Below are positions 55,101 through 64,000 of a stretch of DNA of 64,000 bases, one piece after another. The position numbers and the translations under genes are program-made. The notes under the pieces are model-generated. The model was given only the letters and a program-made list of their open reading frames with translations. It was not told where the DNA came from and searched no databases. This stretch comes from Utricularia gibba (Eukaryota > Plantae > Magnoliophyta). The stretch spans positions 1,488,001 through 1,552,000 of the forward strand of contig NEEC01000007.1 in the NCBI GenBank assembly GCA_002189035.1, given 5' to 3'. How positions within the stretch are numbered: the first letter of the stretch is position 1; each line of letters opens with the position of its first letter.

Positions 55101-57396
55101 CCTTATTATCTTTATGGCTTGAACCTTAGAGTCTGCAAGTTCAGAAATCAATGCATTAGCTGAGGCTGAGCGTGAACTGATGAGAATCGAGGAGGATTTG
55201 CAAAAAGCAAAAGCAGTTCAGAACTTTTGCATGCTTCGTTTTTTTCTTGAAAGCAATATTTGTTTTTCCACTTTTTCTTATGGGCGCAACCTAAGCATTT
55301 TTAATGGAATTAATATCCAGGAGAAGAAGCATTACGAGGAATTTATGCAGACTAAAATTCTTCCTGTCATAAAGAATGCAGAGGTTGAATGTGAGGAGCT
55401 TGAGAAATGCACCAAGGTGTTTGATTTTTCCTGCGTGCACATGCATCAATCACTTTCTTAATCATCGTAAAAAACTTTATTTTGTGCATGATCAAAATTG
55501 TTTGGACTTGTTTGTGATGCTAGGAAAACAGGCAAAAAGCGTCAATCATATGCCCTGAAAGTGAGGTTCAGGCTTTAGCTGGCAGTCAGGATAGCAATCC
55601 TGAACAATTGAGTGCTGAATTGAGTAGACTGAAGCGTAGATTCGACAGAGAGACAGAGAGGTAAACTCAATGTTTTGTGGTTTAATACAAGCACATAGTT
55701 TTACAGCCATATATGGAAATTTTTATGCAGATTCCCGAGTCTATTGATGAGCTGAAAACTCTACTTGAGAATAAAGAACGTAGAATTTTTAGAAAGCAGC
55801 AGGTTTACAAGGATTTTAGGGAGAAATTGGAAGTAAGTGTATTTCTCTGCTGCTTGTTCAACCATAATGTAAAAGTGTATGGCATTTCACCTGTGTTTGA
55901 TACCCTGCCACGTTTGTAAAGTTTTACTGTGTCATACCTACATGAGATTTCATTTATGTTTTATTTGTATTCCATTCTTGTCGGTCTATGACAACTGTAT
56001 GCTCGTGATTTATTTTTCAGGTTTCTTTACATCTGAGTTTATTGCTTTATATTACAGTATCATGATGTTTATTTAATGTTCACTTTTCTCAGGCGTGTAA
56101 CAACGCTTTACAGTTGAGATGGGGAAAGTTCCAGAGGAATGCAACTCTTCTGAAGCGCCAGCTAACATGGCAGTAGGGTTATTTTTATTGTTAATTCTTG
56201 TCGATGCACTGATTTTCCAATACGACTGTTACTGGTGTGCCTCTTAGATTTAATGGCCATCTGAAGAAAAAAGGGATCAGTGGTCAAATCAAAGTTAGTT
56301 ATGAAGAACAGACGCTTTCTATTGAGGTAATACTGACTCGATCCAGTTCTATGCTCTTCTTCTTGTTTGTAGTCCTAATTTGTTTGATATACGTTCTGGT
56401 GCAACAGGTTAGAATGCCTCATGATGCATCAAGTAGTTCAGTAAATGATACAAGAGGGCTTTCAGGTCTTGTTCTTCTATTTTGCCTTCACATTTTCCTT
56501 TGCTTCATTAGTTTTACCTTTCATAGTCAGGGTCATGAAGTAAACATCTAGATCACCTTTCTGTGTCACACTCCATCTTGCCATTACACCGTTAGCAGCT
56601 ACGATGTCAACACCTAGTTCACTAACACAGGCAGGCTGCAAGCATCATGGCTTCGTTATGCATTTCGGCAGCCATACTTCATAATTTATTCTTTGACTTT
56701 CTCTATTTGATGAGCAGGCTTCCACCTTTTTTTTGTCTATGCAGGTGGCGAGCGTTCATTCTCAACATTGTGTTTTACGCTCGCACTTCATGACATGATC
56801 GAAGCCCCTTTCCGTGCAATGGATGAGTTTGATGTATTCATGGTAAGGTTGCCCAGTACAATATTTATTTGCTGCAGTTCACAATTGCTATGTGTGTTTC
56901 TGATCTATGTTTCAAGATTGACAAATACAAGGGTGGAGGAGGATTCTTTAAAGGATGAACTATTTGCATGCGATGCTTGCATATATATTCTAAGCTGCGG
57001 GTGGGGGTCGCGTTTATTGTTGTGCCTGTGTCTGCCATGATTTAAGTAAAACTGCTGGTTCCAACTGGATTGCTTGTCATATACTAGCGTAAGAAAACGA
57101 AATTCAGATTGCAGGTGTGTTTGGTTCCGCAGGATTCTATAAGCAGGAAAATCAGCATGGATGCTCTTGTGGATTTCGCTTTAGCTCAAGGATCACAGTG
57201 GATATTCATCACCCCGCACGACATCAGGTAAATGTTGCACACTCCTCTTGTAGCCCGAGTCAGGTATTCTCTCACTGCTGTTTAACCCTGAAGTCACCAA
57301 TATCTGTATTTGTGTGTGCATTGGCGTATGTGTTACAGCATGGTGAAGGATGACGTGAGGATCAAGAAGCAGCAAATGCGACCTCCTCGTGGATGA
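49196..57396 (+). CDS. SMC6: Structural maintenance of chromosomes protein 6 (SMC6A/B-like), apparent 1-nt deletion near 55734
   Basis: IRLENFMCH, Walker A GQNG|[29 protein letters not shown], hinge FGGGRV...PPLGPIG, signature LSG|[10 protein letters not shown], Walker [12 protein letters not shown]|[10 protein letters not shown]; ends MRPPRG* at 57396. About 30 exons, most traced by hand. Confidence 0.96.
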
Positions 57397-58797
57397 AAGC
57401 ATGATTAATAACTTTTGGCAGCAACAACCACACAAGTTGTGTTTGCAAGTAAATAGGCAGTTACCTTTTGCAATGCACCATTCACGGATGTCCTTCCTGT
57501 AAGTTAGGCTTACGAGTCTGACTCCAAGGTAAGTTTTGTTTCTCTGGCCTTGGGCAGTGATGGATAGCAGGCAGCCTGCAGGTAGGAAACTTTAATCTCC
57601 GATGTTTTATTGAGTACATAGAGAACATACAAAGGCGTTCCAGAAACCAGTCCATAGAGTCCATAGGTAAATATCTCTAGTCATGTCTCTAGACTCAAGG
57701 TCCGTCTATTTTCATTTCATTAAAATCGTTTCAAAAAAAGTGATTCAAAAGTTGATAGAAATGGATATGAACTTGTTTTAAAAAAAATTGAAATGTTTAG
57801 AATCGCTTCAATGTTTCTATTTCAAAAAAATAGAATTTGTTTTTATTTTTAATAACATTCATTTTAAAAACACTTAATTTGAAGTAAAATCTAAAATAAA
57901 CATACTTTCACTTTCATTGTCTATTGAAAAGCATAAATTGTATGTACAAGAAACAGGCTTAGTAGGTGACAAACCCACATGGGGAGTGTTCCGGCAAATC
58001 TTGTTTTCGGTGCTCATGTCACATACCTAATACACGCCTGTCCTTTTCATGGTATGTGTATTCGAAATGACACGCAAATGCCTGAGCTGTACCGTGTTGT
58101 CTCTCTGTCGCACCACCCATGGAAAGAGGTTACACTTGGAGTGTGAGTGCGGGACGATTATTAGGTAGGTTAGGGGTTCCCTACACCCATCTTATCAGAA
58201 AGTGGAGTAATAAATAAATGGTAGGGGTTCCAAACAAGTCGGGAAAAAAGGTTCTAACATCAACCCAAAACGTGTACACGGCCCCCTACCGATGCCCGGA
58301 GCTGTCCCCTCCTACATCCACGGGATGGGGAATGGAATAAGCTGCCAATCACAGTAACCCCCTTGATGTTCTATGGTTTTGTTGTGTGTTGGTTTGGTTG
58401 GAAGTCGCCAGCTTCTCATGCTCGCCACTAACCTTTCACTTTCACTCTCTCCATTTTTTTTTCTTTTCCGATAGTTTGTTCGCCATCGTCTTCAGCGTCA
58501 TATCACAGACCTTGTCTGCAGTTGGATGTGCAGTCTCAGGGAGGAAAGTGACGATTCTCAAACGAATAATGCCCCAAATGCCAGACTCTTGATATTGATC
58601 TTGAGTTCAAGTGCCATATTCATTGTCTAATTCGCATTTTCATGTGTGGTTTAAAGCAGCAAGTCCTCTTGACATGTGTCTAAGGGCATGCAGGCAGACT
58701 GCTTCATTGCTTTGTGTCTCGTACCACACGAGTCTATTTATTATGCATACATGAGAGTGGAATGGAGGGGATTATTAGGGCAGAGCGGAAACCAGGG

Positions 58798-59359
58798 ATG
58801 GCTCAGAGGACCTCCACCACCTTCATCTTCTTCCTGACAACAGCATGCTTCTTCTTCATGCATGCATCTGCTCCCCGCAGAGATTTCCCGGCCAAAATGG
58901 TTCGTGTTTCCTTCTGTCACCAGACTCATTCCACTTATTGTTACCTCATTTCCGATTGCGGATGCTGAAGTTGCTGGAAAGTGCCAATCAACAACACGCT
59001 TCTGTTTCCAGGGTGGAGGGAAGGGAAGAGCCTAACCCTAATATACAAAACCCAGGTATTTTATGGCCAACCTTGAATTTGGTGTCGATCATCTTCCGCT
59101 AGTTCCTAAGTTTGCTTTCCTCGAGTCTCGCACACACAGAAAGTGCTTCAAATCATCACAGTGACCGGAACCCTAATCTCTTGATATCAAAAAAAGCGAG
59201 AAGCAAACAGCATTCGGGTAACAGCCCTTGTTTTAACCTTGGATTGCAGGGGCGAGGAGTTCAAAGCCCTCACTAGTCCTCAAGAACGAAGAAACCGCAA
59301 AGCAGGTGGCTGTTCTGGACTACGAGCCGCCGCACACTAACCCGCCCGTTCACCATTGA
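58798..59359 (+). CDS. RGF/GOLVEN/CLEL tyrosine-sulfated peptide precursor (~98 aa)
   Basis: Exons 58798-58899, ~58971-59055, 59250-59359. Signal peptide MAQRTSTTFIFFLTTACFFFMHASA and terminal 13-mer DYEPPHTNPPVHH* (59318-59356) fitting the family pattern DY-x6-PP-x-H(N). The first acceptor position is uncertain. Confidence 0.85.
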
Positions 59360-62300
59360 AAGGCGTCTGCCACATCACTCCCTGGGCGTGGATCATCCAT
59401 GCTTGGGGTCTGGGCTACCCAAATACGAATTCGAATTTAAAAAATAATCATCATTTTCCTACAAAGAAATAATTATAAAAATGAATATTTTTATTTTACA
59501 AATCAATACTATCTTGCACTATGTGATTTATGTTGTCATTTCCATGATTCTATTATTTTCATCCATGATTGGGATTGATGAGTCCATTGATCATGTATAT
59601 GGACATTGGGTCATGAAACCCTCACTTATGCATCATGCTAATCCCGTAGTTATGTTATAAAATGATCCATCATTTTTCTCTGATGCTATTCTATGGAAAC
59701 TCGACATTATTTTTCCTATTTCTTCTACTCATTGTGATTCATGGAGATCTTGTCGCACCTCCCTACAAATGACCTATGATTTGTTGTTCTAAGATCATCT
59801 TCAAAAAAAAAAAAAAAAAGAAATTCAAGTGACTAGTAAGTTTTTTTTTTTTTTTAAAATAACATTAATATACGTGGGGCAGCCCGTCCATGTGCCCGGG
59901 GGCTGTGACTTGACATCCCACCTAAACAACGGTGGTGAAGACCGCAGCCAGCAAAAACCCCAGAACGCGTTTTTGAGGGATTTAAAAGATAAATGAAGTT
60001 GAGTAACTAACATGGAATGGTTTATACTTTCCAGTTGCCAATGCAGTTAATAATGATATTGTTGTTTTGTGGTTGCTGCCTCCTCCACGTACAACGACTC
60101 TTAAACCCTCTCAAGAGTCCAAACCCTGCCCTGCCCAACCCTACCGTACTTAAATAATAATATTTGGAACAGCACCGCCCTAATGTCCATAAAGTCAAAT
60201 AATAATATAATATTATATTATATACATACATAACCCCTCCCCTCCTCATCATTTGCTTTCCTTAGGCCCCAAGAAAAGAATAACAATGCAATGCAAAGGC
60301 CAGGCGGCCGCAATGAATGCCATGCCCCCCGGGATTCAACGCGGGGCCCCCTCCCCCCGCTCTGGAGCAAGCAACTACGCAGTCTGACGTCCGATCCAGC
60401 TGGCGGGGAAAGCGAAAGTACGCTCCAGGTGGGGTCCACTCATCGCCCTGTCCACGTCACACTGACTCCGAACCGAGGTGTCTTCACGCGTACGCCCCCG
60501 CCCCCAACACTACCACCACCACCCCCGGGATTTCCCCTTTTCTTTTTTTTTTCTCTCCTGCGGGGCCGCCGCCCCCTGTTTAATTCATCCATGGTATTTA
60601 CTATTTATTAATAGTTAATTATTTTGGGCAAATAAAATGGACAAGGCAATGGCTGGAAACCCGGGTGTGTTGACTTTGACCGATCCTTACAATCCAACGA
60701 GGTGGGAAATTTTCTCCTACTTTTATTTGGTTGTAGTAATTAATGCGTCTGACTGTGAGCATCATTTGTTTAATAATGAGTTAATAATACCATGAGCGGT
60801 CGGTCTATGAGTTCCGGTCGGGCCGGGTCGGGTCGCCAACCGTTTCTTCTCGTCTTCTGGAACACGTGCTCCTGTCTCATCTCCGCTTCTTTTCCTTCTC
60901 TCTCTATATATATCTCCCAATCTTTTTCTACGAAACTTCCTTTATTCTTCCCGTGTAAAATTTCCTGCAACCTCCTTCCTTTGCGTGTTTGCGATTCTTG
61001 GGTATTTATTTGTGATACATTTTGTTCACGGTTCCTGTATGTGTGTATGTTTGTTTCATCTGGGCGATTTTCCGCATCGTGGATCCGTGCTTTTTGAAAG
61101 GTGAGACTTTTTGGAATGGGAATCTGTGCCTTTTGGTATTTTTTATTCATGGAGTCTGTTGGTGTTGCTTCCTGACTTTGTTTCACGTGGTTTATGTCAG
61201 GCTTTAATCACCACTCTGGATAATCTTCCCCTGTTTCTTCTTCGTTTCATTTCATTGACGATTCAAGCGAGGGGGAAGGAGGAGGTAGGCTGGTGCATTT
61301 ATGCAATGAAACGCATGTACAAAAAATGGTTGATATTTGAATTTTTTTTTTTATATTAAGGTTTTGATTCGCAAGAATGTTTTTTTGTTCGTGAATCGTG
61401 ATTCACCTTCTCATTTTTTGTACTTGCTCGTTGGGAACATGGCTTCTAGATTTTGAGCGTGCTGAAAATGTCAACGTTGGTGGCTTTTATTTTACCGTTG
61501 GGTCTTATTCCAGAATGTACTATTCCACTTTACAGAATTAACATATTGACATTTATTTCCTGGAAAATGCCCAAAGCTCTGTCCTTGTCGACTGTCGGAA
61601 AGTTCCAGTTTTTGTCCCCATGGCGGAAAAAAGGAGTACTACAGCTTTATTTGTTATGCTAGCTTGACCATGGCTGGGTTTTATTTTCAACACCCTTCAG
61701 GATCCAGCATTGTGCATGGTCTTTTTCAAGCTGTGTGCTGGCTGAATCCATTTTCTTGCTTGTCTGTAGAGCCATTTTCAAAAAAGAGATCCCACAAGAG
61801 TTGTTTATTCATGTCGGACAAAGTAGAAAAGTGCTTTCCTTCAGCGTTTTGTCTTTCTTTTCTTTGTGGGGTTGGGGAAACACTTTGAACATGAAGAATC
61901 TTAAGAGATCAAGTGTGACTTTGTAACTCAAAAAGAAGTTCAGAAATCTACTTGTACTTTGGCATCTTTCAATCCCAAGTAATAATGCTTTTCGTAATCA
62001 ATGCAAAAAAGGAACCCTTTAGCGTGGACGGAGTAAATGCCCTGGGCTGGGGTCTTATGTTATTTAATGCTTCATACTTTCCTGTTGGCTTGTACCCCCT
62101 AGTTGCGTGTTGGAATTTCCCGCAGGTGGTTGTTGCTGGAGAAATTGTGTTCAGCTTCTTCCCTGCTGTGCTATAAGCTCCTCAATTTATTAGAACATAT
62201 TATGATTGATTTTATCCGGACATTAGTCGGCCGCATGAATCTCTTCATTTCTAGTTTGATTAGTAGTCTCTTAGTTGCTCCATACGTTTTTAATCTTGAA

Positions 62301-62660
62301 ATCATGCTGTTCACGTAAGTTTCTAGATTTTCAGTACTTGCAAGTTTAGCCAGAAAACTTTCTGGCTCTCTTTATCTGATCTTCTCTTGTGGAAAACTTG
62401 TCTGCTTTGATCGGCATTGCATTCTCATTACGCTTCATTCCGAAGAAATGCATTATAAATGACTGTTGGTCTACTTTGCAATTTGCAGCTCTGTTTTGTT
62501 GATTAGCTACTAGCTCCCCGATTAAGAGAGTTCCTTGAAGACTTCTTTTTTCCCCTCACATTGGGTTGTTCTTGGATATCAAGAGAGGCTTTTTACGTGT
62601 GATCCCACCATTGAAAGAGTAACTGAAGACTCGTGCAAGAGCAGAACAAATCCGGGAAAA

Positions 62661-64000
62661 ATGGACCTGAAATCTACCCATTCTTCCCCTGTACTAGCTG
62701 ATCCTGCTCCCATGAATAACTCGAGACTAGGCCTGCGTTCTGCTCTGCTTCCATACTCAACAAATAGCTCTTCCTTCTCGTCCCCGCTTATTCTAAATGT
62801 CCCAAGGAGGCGAGCTGGGACCCTCGATGATGTTCGAGCAACACTATTGGATTCTATGATATCATCTTCCCCTACCAACAACATACTCCCAAGAGAGGTT
62901 CTCTCCGAATCAATGCTGCGTGATATTGATCGTGCTTATCTCAACTGGATGGTATAGTCACGGATTTGATTACTTTCTTTTGAGTTTTCAATCTTCAGTA
63001 TGTTGACAGTGATATTTGCTTTTTTGTTGGTAATGTAGCACAAATACCCGTCAGCACTTGCATCCTTCGAGATAGAAAATAGTGCCAAGGGAAAGAGAAT
63101 CGCTTTGTTTTTAGACTATGATGGAACTTTATCCCCCATCGTCGACAACCCCGATCTGGCCTTCATGTCAAATTCTGTAAGGAAACCTCTTTATGAGCTA
63201 TCTTTGTTATAGAACAACTTGACTTTAAAACATGGGATTTTCTTAAACTCCTGATGCCTAGAAAATGATCTATAATTGTGCTTGTTTGTAGATGCGGGCT
63301 GCTGTCCAGAATGCGGCCAAGCACTTTCCCACGGCCATAATCAGTGGAAGAAGGCGTGACCAGGTGATGCATGAATTGATTTGTCGAACCTTGTCCTTTT
63401 CCAGAGCATTGAGTAATATTGCATTTTCTGTCGCTACTTCAGGTGTACGAGTTTGTTGGACTAACTGAACTGTATTATGCTGGAAGTCATGGAATGGACA
63501 TCATGTGCCCAGTTCAGACTGATAGCAGCAGCAATGAAGGGTGCATCAGATCTACTGATAAGCAGGTAACAGCTTTGAAATCTTTCTCCTTTGTATTAGC
63601 ACAAGGCTTGAATCTTAGTTCTTTGCGTCATGAATTTTCATACCCTTTTTTTCCCGAAGGGCAAAGAAGTTAATCTATTCCAGCCTGCCCGTGAATTTTT
63701 ACCAGTCATCAACAAGGTACACTATCTTTCGATTCAACTCGTCCGTAAGTTCAAAGACTGGCTTATCCCTCATTCTAAAATGCCTTACTGTTCCATTCAC
63801 ACCAGGTCTTTGACTCCCTTGTTGAGGTCATGAAAGATATTCCTGGCACAAAAGTGGAGAACAATAAGTTCTGTGTGTCTGTGCACTATCGCAATGTGGA
63901 CCAAGACGTAATATAATCTTTTATCCTTCCCTTCAAGGTTTAGATAACCGCTTCTTGATCCATTCTTCATATCCTGATTCATTCAAGCTTTCTTGTGTCT
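62661..64000 (+). CDS. Trehalose-6-phosphate phosphatase (TPPA/F/G clade), 3' truncated by the window
   Basis: [17 protein letters not shown]...LDSMISSSP...AYLNWM|HKYPSAL...[15 protein letters not shown] (HAD motif I), [42 protein letters not shown]. Confidence 0.94.

Noticed and set aside
41006-57396. Calling STP3-like and SMC6 (and likewise the EDR4-like gene and PME) pseudogenes
   Set aside because: Each break is a single missing base in a homopolymer with otherwise intact conserved sequence, so assembly error is more likely.
60218-60611. GC-rich ORFs upstream of the TPP gene
   Set aside because: Low-complexity Pro/Gly-rich translations from promoter DNA with no homology cue.

Overview
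Gene-dense eudicot plant nuclear DNA with short GT-AG introns. No prokaryotic features, CRISPR arrays, rRNA or tRNA were seen. I can support 18 protein-coding genes: an uncharacterised plant protein, TFIIS, EDR4-like, CIP7-like, TPR/SET/MYND SMYD4-like, HO2, a pectin methylesterase, GDH2, MSRA, Mago nashi, two divergent group-IX ERFs, STP3-like, a quinone oxidoreductase, ATG3, SMC6, an RGF/GOLVEN/CLEL peptide precursor, and a trehalose-6-phosphate phosphatase (TPP) truncated by the window end. Features the ORF track misses or fragments: (i) a complete MIR319 hairpin at 11.0-11.2 kb; (ii) a 3-exon secreted sulfopeptide precursor ending DYEPPHTNPPVHH; (iii) an intron-retaining RabD/Rab1 pseudogene head-to-head with Mago nashi; (iv) a decayed L1 LINE zf-RVT fragment. 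Caveat: five otherwise intact genes carry six apparent frameshifts, each repaired by adding one base to a short homopolymer. This most likely reflects uncorrected long-read assembly error rather than biology. All family calls come from recalled motifs and manual translation; no database search was run.
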